A DNA stretch of 64,000 nucleotides, taken from positions 17,488,686 to 17,552,685 of the forward strand of contig JASCQW010000139.1 in NCBI GenBank assembly GCA_030264375.1, given 5' to 3'. Below, in pieces: positions 1-11,700 of this stretch. Below the pieces are notes generated by a model. The model searched no databases and was not told the DNA's origin. It saw nothing but the letters and a program-made list of their open reading frames with translations. The translations under genes were made by a program, and so were the position numbers. Each line of letters opens with the position of its first letter. Positions within the stretch are counted from its first letter, which is position 1. Source of the DNA: Carcharhinus longimanus (taxonomy: Eukaryota).

Positions 1-19
1 GTTGGCATTGACTCGGAGA

Positions 20-1578
20 CGTGGAAACTGGCTCAGTTATGTCCTGTTCCCAAAAATGTTCAAATCCAATTGGTCGATTACCTTTACTCGCAATCATCAA
101 TAGTGATGGAAGGGGTCATTGACAATGCTATCAAGCTGCATCCTATCAGCAATAACTTGCTCACTGATACTCAGTGGCTCTGGTAGAGCCCAAACTAACT
201 GGAGGAGCTCATTACAGCCTTGGTCCAAATGTGGACAAAGGAGGGCAGGTGAGAGTGACTGCCCTTGACATCTAGGCAGCTTGACATCAGGCTCCTTGAT
301 GGCTGTGTGGCATCTAGGAGCCCGAGTGAAACTGAAGTCAATGGGAATCAAAGGGAAAATCTCCGCTGGTTGGAGACATACTTAGTACAAATGCTGGTGA
401 TTGTTGGAGGTCAATCATCACGCCTAGGAATCATTGCAGGAATTCTTCAGGGTTGTGTTCTAGGCCCAACCATCTTCAGCTGTTTCATCAATAAGGTCAG
501 AAGTGCAGATGTTTGCTGACAATTGCACAATGTTCAGCACCATTTGCAGTGACTCAGATACTGAAGAAGTCCATGCTCATACGCAACAAGATCTGGACAC
601 CATTCAGGCTTGGGTTAAATAGCAAGTACATTCACAACCCATAAGTGCCAGGCATTGACCATCTCCAGTAACAGAGAATCTAACCATCTCCTATTAACAT
701 TAAATTATATTACTTATGCTGACCCACCACCCCCCCCCCGCCCCGCCCCCCTCTCTATCAACATCCTGGTGGGGAGCAGGAGGGTTTATCATTTACCAGA
801 AACTGAACTAGACCAGACCACATGTTTGCATGGGATTCCTCCAACAGTCCAAAGATATGTGGGTTAACTTGATTGGACATGCTGAATTGTCCCTTAGTGT
901 CTCAAGATGTGTAGATAGGGAAATAAACAGGGTAAATATGTGCAGTTATGTCAGAGAGTCGGTGAAACTCAATGGGCTAGATAGCGTCCTTGTGCACTGT
1001 AGGGATTCTATATAAATATTGTGGCTACAAGAGCAAGTCAGAAATTGGGAACTCTGCAGTGAATAACTCACCGCTAGATTCCCCAAAATCTGTCCATCAT
1101 CTACAAGGAGTATGATGGAATACTGTACTTGCCTGAGTACGGCTCCAATAGCACTCAAAAAGCTTGACATCATCCATGACAGTGCAGCCCACTCGATCAG
1201 CATCTCATTCACTATCTCAGTCACGCCACTACCAGCATAGTGGCAGCCTAATCTACAAGCAGTACTACAGCAACTTGCCAAGGCTCTTGTGACAATCCCT
1301 TCCAAGCCTGCGGTTTCTGTCACCTTGATCAATAAATGCAGCATGTGCCTGGAATGTCGCCACCTGCAAGTTGTTCTCCAAGTCACACAACATCCTGATT
1401 TGGAACCATGTCAACATTTCTTCACTCAGGTCAGTATCCCAACTCCCTCTTTAATAGCATGAGTGAACCATAGACTGCAGGAATTCAAGGCAACTCACCA
1501 CCATCTTCGAGGACAGTTAGGGATAGGTAATAAAGGCTCGCATTGGCATTGACTCCCACACCCTAAGAATGAATAATT
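20..1578 (+). mobile_element. Decayed CR1-group LINE (family A), RT region to 3' tail
   Basis: Frameshifted RT motifs (WKLAQLCPV, QGCVLGPTIFSCFIN in ORF 265..519) and a 3' tail ...gttagggataggtaataaa...aatgaataa. Interrupted by a SINE fragment at ~818-1011. Confidence 0.85.
818..1011 (+). mobile_element. 5'-truncated HE1-type SINE inserted in the LINE
   Basis: cagtccaaagat...ccttagtgt...gcactgtagggattcta, matching the 3' half of the other copies in the window. Confidence 0.8.
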
Positions 1579-1705
1579 GAAAACATAGCAAAGCCAAATC
1601 ATGACAGCCTAAAATGTATTACAGTACAATGTATTTTTAAACATAATTCTGAAGAATTTCTATAGGAGAAACTTGCTACAATCCAGCTTCTGCAATCAAA
1701 CCGGT

Positions 1706-2482
1706 GTCAGCCTTACCTGAGTGGTAGCTCCTTTGCTCAAGTCAGAAGGTGCAGTTTCAATGGCCATTCTGGTACTGAAGTGCATATGTTTGACTGACAC
1801 TTCAATAGTCCTGCATTGTGGAAATTAATATTTTTCAAATTAGTTAAACAAATGTCCCAAATGGCACTAGTGGCACAGTGGTTAGCACTGCTGCCCCTGG
1901 GCCAGGGACCCAGGTTCAATTCCCAGTTTGAGTCACTGTGTAGAGTTTGCACATTGTCTCTGTGAACAAAGAACACCACAGCACGGGAAACAGGCCCTTC
2001 GGCCCAACGAGCCCGCGCCGCCAGTTTCCTCCTCCACCCTTGACCCACGTCTATGTGTTTGTGGGTTTCCTCTGGGTGCTCCAGTTTCCTTTCACAGTCC
2101 AAAGATGTGCATGTTAGGTTGATTTGCAGTGTCAGATTGTCCCTTAGCATTAGGGTAAATACATGGGGTTGTGGGGGATAGAGCTCGGTGGGATTGTTTA
2201 TATGGTGCAGGCTCGATGGATTGAATGGCCTCCTTCCGCATTGTAGGGATTCTGTTTATTGCATGATGAGTAGGAGGTTATCCTGATGTCTTGGCTAATC
2301 TTTATCCCTCAAACATCATAAACAAGTTAGGTTTATTTTCTCATTGCTGCTTCTGACACCTTGTACAGATCTAGGTTGTTGCTTTTGTCTGTAATGACTA
2401 CACTTCAAAAGTGCTTGATTAACTATGCAAGGTTTTGAGAAGTTAGGAAGGTATTTTATAGATGTAAAACTTTCCTTTCTTC
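1706..2482 (+). mobile_element. Old DeuSINE/SacSINE1-like element split by younger insertions
   Basis: 5' part (gagtggtagc...gtcagaagg) at ~1706-1860 and 3' part (tttatccctcaa...gactacacttcaaaagt) at ~2255-2482 resemble the recalled SacSINE1 consensus. Heavily diverged. Confidence 0.55.
1863..2254 (+). mobile_element. HE1-type tRNA-derived V-SINE with an internal insertion
   Basis: A box tggcacagtgg, B box ggttcaattcc, central gggtttcctctgggtgctccagtttcc, tail gtagggattct. Confidence 0.88.
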
Positions 2483-3840
2483 TAGGATGACTACATTGAA
2501 ATTGCATGGGGTTTGACCCAAGTGACTGAGGCAGATATTACTGTCAAAATAATATTAACATCATGCATCACTATTTGGTTAAATAATGGCAAATTGAAGT
2601 GAGGAGCAGATACATGGCGTAAATATCAATGGCCAAAGCTGATGCGCCACTTCATTGTTAGCTTTGTAAAAATGATATTATGCCGTCTGCATCACCACTG
2701 AAACACACAATGTTATGCAGTTGCTCTATTTGCATAATGAATAGAAAGCAAACTAATCACAATTATAACTTATTGTTTCAAGGGTAAAGATCTGATGACC
2801 CAACTGATCTCTCCAGCTGTGTAAACTATTATAAGTGCAGTGTCGCATTGCTGGAGTTTTTAAAGCACCAAATTATTTTTAAAATATTGCTCTTGCTAAC
2901 TCCCCACATGCACTGCCAGCAACATTATGGGCACAAATATTTTGAGCTGAAGGGTGCAGGGGTAAGTCTAATGAACAGTAGATGTAGTTCATTGACCTGT
3001 TACAGCAAAATCTGGCTAATTGTATTACAAGGAAATGCAATAACAACATGTATTCATAACTCGAGTTAGTAAAGCAGATACAATCCATTCCACTGGAACA
3101 AGAAGAACTGAAGATCTTTGTACCTGCGGAAGAGTGAATTCCAGTGGGTGAAAATGTCTTTTCCTTGTATTAGTGTCAGATCTTTTTCAATGCAATTACA
3201 TTTTGAAAATAATGTATCCAATTTAATGAAAACTTGCACCATTTTACTGCTTTTAAGTTTGTGATGCACAGTATAATGAAAAGTTTTCCTTACTTTTTGA
3301 CATTAACCAGACCATACTCTTACATTCATGCATGCAGGATTGAAATGGCTGTACTACATTTATTTAAAAGTGGACTTGAAAATTCACTTTCATCTTGGAA
3401 ATAAATTCCAATGTTCTGATCAATGCACTGTATCAAATCCTGGGATCAAACTTTATACATCTTAATTTTATTTCAAATGTCAGCTCAACATCTAACACAA
3501 CCATTTAACCAGCTTGCCGTCTGCTAAAGTGGAGTGTTACGTATATTTACCGAAGTATTAGAGCAGTATGATCGACAATCAAATCCTCAAGTAACTCTTT
3601 ACAATCCAGAAACTTTTGTTCGAGACATTTCACCACCTTAAATGTTATGTTATTTACACCAACCTTCAATATTTCTTTTCTGAACACAATTTGATGAATC
3701 CAAGATGTATGTAATAATTAATAAGCATTGTTTAGTATTTTCCCACATTATAATTAAATTCACTTGTTTGAACATTGTTTAACCTACCTTATCGAATTAA
3801 GAGGTCAGTATACAACAAGCATTGTGCACAACTGAATGTA

Positions 3841-3846
3841 TTTATT
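3841..3846 (-). terminator. Candidate distal polyadenylation signal AATAAA
   Basis: Minus strand reads ...TTGTACATTTGTATTGAAATAAATACATTCAGTTGTGCACAATGCTTGTTGT: two TGTA motifs upstream and GT-rich sequence downstream. Further AATAAA at 3467-3472 and 3359-3364. Confidence 0.55.
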
Positions 3847-5797
3847 TCAATACAAATGTACAATAGATGAGTTTACAAGGAAGCCCACCACCACATTTCC
3901 ACTACCAGCTACAATAGAGTGCATTTCTAAATGGAATTAGTTACAGTTAGCATTCATTGCACAACATAAACATTAAGTAGGTCAGTGACTGTCCTTGTTA
4001 AATATAACTTTTAGCACTCAATTGTTCAAAAGTGCATGCTTAATACCAATTGTTTGAGAGATCAGACATTTGGATTTAAAAAAAAAACATTTTGTACCAC
4101 ACATTGGGTCTTAGTCATGGAATATAGAAAATAAGAATGAGTTACAAAGCTGGACCCCAGAGGGATCTCTGCATTTAGAAGGCATTCTAAAACTGTGAGA
4201 GCAATACAGTTTATAAACAACATCTGAACCCAGAGGATTAGATTGTAACTGAACTCACTCCAATGTGCTGATTTCTTTCATAATATATACAACTTGTTTT
4301 GGTAAATGTAAAATTAATATTTTTATAGGTGGAGTTCCAGTGCCTCAGAAACATGTGCTGCAACGTTACAAGTAGGAACTAATCTCCTCTTACGTTCTTC
4401 CTACACTCGAGTGTAACTTCCAGAGATTGTATGGAAATTTGATATGTTGGTATACAAGTGTTTTTTTATACCATTGTCAAGGTGAATACTGATTATACTT
4501 GTAACACATGGATGGATGGTTGACATTAACGCGCACATTACCTTCAGATGTATTCTGATTTGACAATCACTGGCCTCATTTGAGTATCTTTTACAGCAAG
4601 TCAGCTATCACTGCATTGAGAAAATGTGTTAATTCTTCCAGGATTCAGACATTTCATTTAAAAAAATTATTTTAGTGTGTATAACTTATTTGATACATTC
4701 TTCATTTCCAGAGTACAGATATAAAATTTAATCTACTCTCGCTCCCTTCCACCCCACCCAAAGAAAATGTCACTTGTGGAATGGTAGAAGGGAAGTCCAA
4801 GGCAATTATACAGTGAAGGAGCTCCACTAATGTGGAGCAGAAACCTTGTATGGTATGTATAATTATCAGCTACTATCTGCATCCTCAAATCATGTTACTG
4901 CATTTAGCCTCCTTGTTTTACTCTCTATAGATCTACTTAGTTAACAGCTGCATGTCCCTGGTGACATACTAATATTTAGATCTGCCTCAACTCCTTCCAA
5001 AACGTCAGCGAGTGTATAAAATCACAACCTTCCTCAGTGAGATAAGGGTAATGTTACATGATTTTAAATGTTACCTAAATGCTGTACAGTTAAACATGTG
5101 AACGAGAGAACAATTTTGTTTATCCCTGTAGGCAAACGTGTGCATGACATAATTGTATAATATATTTAACCCATCTTCTGAGCCGCTTTGACTTCATTAG
5201 GTTTTTTTTAAAAAAAAGAGACTACAAATGCATCTCCTTCGGTGCCAGTCTGACTCACTTGTACTGCATTATCATCTTTGTCTGGTTGTCAAACCTTTGC
5301 TCTGCAAATATGCATGCAATACTGACAAAGTTACTGCTTGCTTAGTGTCCCTGTTCAACACAGAACAAGGGTCATATAAATCTACGCTATTCAGAATGCA
5401 TCTAATTTAGTCTCATCTTTTGAAGTTATGACAGTGAAGATTTTTGGACTTCAGTTCTGAAATGCATTCGTGGCTGAGGAAGGTGTAATTTTTTCAACAG
5501 TGGATGCACTAAACAGTGTACGATGACAAATTACATAGGAAATTAGTTTCTTCCACTGCTATTAACCACCCATTTGATAACTTGATAGTTATTTTATATC
5601 CAAGTATATTAAAAAAACTATAAAGTGAGTTAAGGCATTCCAAATATTCTAGGAGAAAATTAAAAGTTTAAATGAAATGTTCATTCAAAATTTCACCATT
5701 TCTGTTGTAAACAAGACTTGATACTGAAAGAACCAAAACATGGCAATGCTGTACACAATGTGCCAGCTGTCCACTGAGTATTAGCATTGCAAACTAA

Positions 5798-6088
5798 AAT
5801 CATAGAATCCTGACAGTGCAGAGGGAGGCCATTTGGCCCGCACTGACAACAATTCCACCCAATACCAATCCTCGTAACCCCATGTATTTACCCTGCTAAT
5901 CCCCCTGACACTAAGGGTCAATTTAGCATGGCAGATCAACCTAACCTACACAGCTTCGGAGTGTGGGAGGAAACCCAGGCAGACAAAGGGAGAACGTGCA
6001 AACTCCACACAGACAATCACCCAAGGCTGGAAATGAACCCGGGTGCCTGGTGCTCTGAGGCAGTAGTGCTAACCACTGCGTCACCGTG
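5798..6088 (-). mobile_element. HE1-type SINE within the putative GIT1 3' UTR
   Basis: Reverse complement shows the tRNA head (cacggtgacgcagtggttagcactactgcc) and a gattctatgat tail. Confidence 0.88.
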
Positions 6089-8529
6089 AAGCCCAAGAGT
6101 CGGAACTGGGCAATGAATAGCAAATCACAAGCAATCACATTTCATCTTTTCTCTGGCTATCTGCACATTTCCCAACAGCAGCTTTCATATCAAAGCGACA
6201 AAAGATTGTTGCACAAAGTTAAACCTTGCCATTTATTACGTCAGTTAATGTCTTCCTTAAACATTGAGCCATCCTTTATAAATGCCCCGAGCCAATCTAA
6301 ATATGAACGTATCGTGTGAAGTTAACAAGTCATTTGAGAGTATCGAGAAATAAAGTGTAATTCCTTCTGACTTCACAGTACACCTGACGGCATTGCCCCC
6401 TGCAACAGCTTCTTCAGAATTTTATATTTCTTTCATTCAGCCAATGTTATTGTAGTGTTCTTTAGTGTTTCACTGAATTATTGCAAAAACAATCAACACA
6501 TTTTACAAGGTCAGTACGTCTTTCGATACTTTGATGAGTACTTTACCAAATGAAGAACAAGTAAAAAGATTCACAAAGGTTCATTTGACAAATTACTTTG
6601 CCTCTTACACTCAGCACAAACAAAATTCAGCAACTGAATCTGCCCAGTGCCAATGTAGTGGTTTTGGTTACTCCAGTTACATCATTAACTAGCAAGATTA
6701 GAGTGATAAAAAGTCCTTTTGTTTAACAATATTAAACTATGCACATTTACTTTTTTTTTTATATATACAAAACAGCACCCCAATACTGTATACCCGGGAC
6801 TTCAATTAAGGCTGGAAAATAATAAAAAAAGCTGTGCAAGTGTGCATACCTCATACTACAGAAGAATCTCATTCATCCAAGTTTCTTCCAATCTGTGGAG
6901 AGCGAAGTCCTCCCTATTTATCATTCCCTTCTCATCAAATAAGCTTTCCAGCATTTGAAAAAAAGCTGCATCCAAATCTGATTTCTGTTTCCCTATAACT
7001 GCATAGAGCCATTATTATCAACACTTTCTCTTCAAATAGGATATTTGTTCAGCTCACAAAATAAACATCACAACTTTAACTACATTGTACTCAGAACGTT
7101 CTTACTGATAATTTTTCCACTACCTATCACGTCTGTGGCCCACAAGTACATGGCAAGCGAGTAGTTAACATCAGGGTGCTGAAATCATTAGATTATATCA
7201 GTTCACCAGCCTGCAATGCCCCAAAACTTTCAGCACAAGACAAATGCTGGAGATGCTGCTTTTTCCACGTACAATGTTTCTGGAAGCAAATATACGGCCA
7301 ATTAATTTTCGTAGATAAAACGAAACAGTGGATCATTATTCTTATTCCAAGAATGAGAACAAGTGTCATGTAAATCAAGTCATGTATAGTAAAGGCCAAT
7401 CTTCTCTATTCACGACAATCATCTTCAGCAGGCTGAAACAATAAGAATGTGGCAAACTGAAAATGCCCCCACATTCTACGCCTAAAGTAATACGAAACCA
7501 TGTGTTGAAGGGGAATTTGCTGCACCCATCAGTTACTGTAGTATGGCCCAAGATAATATTGATATCCACTGGGTGTTGGAGGAGTGTTCAAACTTTGAAA
7601 CCATGGAACATCCAATACAGGGTAAAACAGCATTTTGAACCATTGCACAGTAATTTCTGTACTTTAATAAACCATCAATGAACTCACACTTTGATTTGTG
7701 ATCCTTGGGCTGGTCAATGTGAAAAATAGTGCCACTACTAAAGCAAAGCGTGAAGACTATATTATTATGGGATACAACTGTTTAACAAGATTCAACTGTT
7801 ATAAGGCACACAATGCACATAGATGCAATGGTACTGATGGTTGCCAGTTACAGTCACAGGTTCACAGTATTCTATACAAAAAAGGCACCCCACTACTTGT
7901 ATTTTTTCTAATGGTTTTTAGAACATCTATTGTCCTTCAGCCTCAGGTGATGGCAAAATGGATTGGTGAGTAACCCATTGATAATCCATATTAAAACTTA
8001 GGTGGTCTCGTACAAGTACTCTCAGCAACTTTCATGGTGTGGCTTTGCTTGCAGTCCGTTTTCATTTAACAGTTACTGGGTACATGAAGCTTTTGTTGCA
8101 CTGAACTTTTACATCATAGTGTTCATCAATAATGGTACGTTCGTAAAACAACTTATTTGTAGAAGAGTCAAGAATTCCAGTGTAACATAAACCGATGGTC
8201 GAGAAAGTAAATATTCACATCTTGCCAAAACGTTAAAAGTCGAAGATCATTTGCTATCACCGCATTGCGACTGTGTGTTTTGGCCATGTCATTATGTAGT
8301 GGTAGCAATTCTGATTAACTATAACTGGTGAGTCCTACCACAAAATTGGAAGTTTAAACTTTCCAGGAGCTTTCATCTATTGTGAAAGCTAATACAATCT
8401 ATTGCAGAAAAAAAATCCACAGTACTGAATCAGAATATGTACAGGGATTTCAGTTTGTTTTCAAAGAAAGATGCATGTTTTTAATCTCCCAAGCGTACTC
8501 CAAAAGAGGAATGTGAATGAAGTGCTTTA

Positions 8530-8742
8530 TCATTGTTTTTTCTCACGCGTTGTTATGGTAACCAGTTGCTTCGCTGCCTTGGCAATGTCATAGGCACATT
8601 GGATGACTTGCTGTGTGAGCAATTGAATGTCAACAGGTGCACCTGGCTCAGGTGGAATCGTTTTCCTGCACTCACATTGCAGTCGGAAGGCACTCGCGTT
8701 TAGCAATCTCAGTGAGCACCGAACTGTGTCCAGGGCAGGCTT
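8530..8742 (-). CDS. GIT1: GIT1 last coding exon, KPALDTVRCSLRLLNASAFRLQCECRK...AYDIAKAAKQLVTITTREKKQ*
   Basis: Acceptor gattag|; 70 codons plus TGA, followed immediately by TAA. GIT1-type C-terminus. Confidence 0.97.
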   Translation of the reverse strand, partial: KPALDTVRCSLRLLNASAFRLQCECRKTIPPEPGAPVDIQLLTQQVIQCAYDIAKAAKQLVTITTREKKQ

Positions 8743-11700
8743 CTAATCATTTTAAAAAAACATACACAAGTTAGAAACCTCTTTAAAAAAAAACGTGCAA
8801 AACTAACAGTTGCTTCATTGCTACAGGTTTACAAACCTAAATATTCTTCATTGAGCAAGAACAAATTACTTTCCTTTTACACTTGATGCTGGCTGAATTC
8901 AGCTACTGAATTTGCCAGCACTTGCATAGCAATTTTGTTAATTAGTTAAATTTGAAAATTACAGATGATAAAAAGTCATTGCATTTAACATTGTTAAATT
9001 ACATTGACTAGTTTTTAGAATACATCTGCTGCACTCAGCTCCACATTCAATAAGTTACCTACCTTCACTGTTGGCAGGCAATCCAGAGGCTTAGAGTCCT
9101 CAAGTGCAGCTAGCAACTGTGCTGGCTGCCTCAGTTCAAACCAATCTTGGACAGGGGGATTCAAACCAGCATTTAGCCTCTTTATTTGTATACACTACAT
9201 AAGAAAGACACTAATATATGCACGACTGACAAAAAACAACTCTTAGTTATCTTCACTTAATTTGATGGACAATAGTTCTGTTCAGAAATGTGCGCATGCT
9301 TCCTCCCTGCCACATTGGCACTTTAATCGTGATCTTCATACCACTCCCTCACCCTTCTGGCAATCTCCTATTTATTCTGTATCCACCCCTGGCTGTCCTT
9401 CTTACTGAACAGTGAGCCTGTCAATTTGACTGGCTGTTGGGTGAGGAGCTGATTGAGAAAATTAAGTCATCCTGCAGTTAATTCTAGAATTGCCCAGGAT
9501 ATCCATTCTTTCGGATTTCTAGAAACCCACCACCCCCGCTCTTTTTGCTGCCCCATCTCTTCACCGCTGAGTAAACAATAGCTAATATCCCTAATTAAAG
9601 CCAAAATCTGATCTATTCTGCTTACCAAGAGGACAGAATCACACCTACGAATTGGTTAACTCTTTCTAAATCAGATATATTCTGATGAAACCTTACCTTT
9701 GGAAAGAGAGAAGCCATTTCGGTGACTGCAGAGTGTATCTTTTCAGAACATGGCACAAAACTGTAAAAATGAAATAGACAGGTTAGGATTCATTCATTGA
9801 TGTACAATTAGATTAGTAACATAGCATATATCTTAAATTCTTTTACAATTCTACCATTGCAACAGGACAAAGTGATTAGAATCAGGAAAACAAAACATTA
9901 TATACAGAGGAGAACAAAAAGGAAAATTTGGAGGGGGTACGGGGCTGAGGAAAACAAAAGCAATATTTAAGACAAAAAATTTGAGATAGTTTTTAAAAAC
10001 AGACATAAAAACAGCAAGGCAGAAGGAACCACAAAGGCAGTTTCAGCTGCAATAGCCCAGTGATTAAATAAGTATTAACCAACTGAAGGGAGGGAGTGGG
10101 TGTCAAGAAAACAATCCGTGCTTGGAAAGCAAGGCAGATGGAGAGCAACCAAGGTAGAATGGGGCAAGTTTAGGTTGTGGAGGGATATTAAGAATTTGAA
10201 CTTGCTAGAGTAAGGAAAACTGCTGGGCTTTGAAGAGGATTGGGGAGTGATGGGAATTTTGCAGAGTTTTAATGGAGATGAACCTTATTGAAGATAGGGC
10301 TGGAAGGCCAGGTAGGAAGAGATGAGAAAAGTCAAACATCAAGGTGATGACGGACGTAGAGATGGACAATGTTGAAGTGGAAGAAAACCATCAACACAGC
10401 GGGTCTGGAAGGGCAAGGAAGCTTGGGATTGAATAGCATATCGAAGTCCCCTGATCCAACCTTAAGTGCAGCCAAGGAGGTTATAGAGATCAAGGTCAAA
10501 GACATAAAGGTGTTGATGGCAGCCAAAAAGGATTGCTTGAGGTACGGCAATACTGAACTAGAATAAAGTTTGACTCATCCACTCTTGATAATGGACAGAT
10601 AGTCAAAGAGTTTAGCGAATATCTTTGAATTAGTGAAGGAGGTACAGAGCTGTGGAGCTGGATATTTCCATGACATATGGAAGCTAAATCCACTATTCCT
10701 GGTGCTTTTACTACTAAATTAGAATGTAGACTTTGAATGAGGATGCGATCAATAATGAACAGGAGGTTCATCAGAGTTTACACTGCAAGCTGAGAAAGAG
10801 GAAGTTGCCTTGTATTGCATAAGAGCACAAGCAGATAAGAATAGTGTCATTGAGGCAGTTACAGGAAGATACTGGAAGAGAACAGGATAAAAAATAAGGC
10901 AGCAGGGAATTTGCAAGGATTTTAGAGAGACAGAAAGCTATAGATATTTGAGCTTGACCAATATGGTCAGTGCTACAATTGTTGCAGAATCCAGATTTCA
11001 GAGTCTTGACTTAGAATTTGTGAGGCATCGTTAGTTGCAGTTTGATAGTTGGTTCACTGTTGTATAGTTACAATTAACAAGGAGAGAGAGGTTTAAAGCC
11101 ACTGAAACGCTACTAATATGCTTTAACATGCCATGTAAATAATTAATAAATAGCTGCCTGCCATGTAAATAATTAATAAATAGCTGCCCTAGAAACTCTT
11201 ATAAAATGTCTAGTAGCCAGTAAAACCAATAAGAACCTTTTGGAATATAATCTTTATTAATTTGAAACTCACTGGGGTTACTCAACCTATAGCATGCACC
11301 ACGTGATGCTAACTTTAGTGATTTCCATACTAACCTTTCATGCTTACACTCCTGTGCAGCACGCAGAAGCTCCTGGATATTTTTAGTAACCTGTTCCGTT
11401 TTAAGGATTACATCTTCTGTACTGGGAAGACTTGGATCCAGCTCACCCTCATGCTCATCGTACTCCAGGTGGAAGTCATCATCCCTTCCCATCCTCCCAT
11501 CAGCGATACTATTAAAGGGAAAACAAGAGTGAACATAAACATAATATAGCAGAATAGCAACCAAAATGATGCCTACAGTGAGAGTTTTCAGCACATTATC
11601 ACGTGCACATAGAAATCAGATGCCTGAGAGTGTGTTACAAAGGCTGTAACCAGATTGATGGTTCAGATCATACCATAAATGGTAATGAGTCACCTGAACC

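Larger units (their letters stand above)
3820..8529 (-). other. GIT1: Probable long (~4.7 kb) GIT1 3' UTR
   Basis: Almost repeat-free AT-rich stretch after the stop (one SINE recognised), ending at an AATAAA with upstream TGTA and downstream GT-rich elements. The extent is inferred. Confidence 0.55.

Noticed and set aside
1863-1930. tRNA genes at the A/B-box motifs (here and in other SINE heads)
   Set aside because: They continue into SINE bodies and tails and do not form complete cloverleaves.
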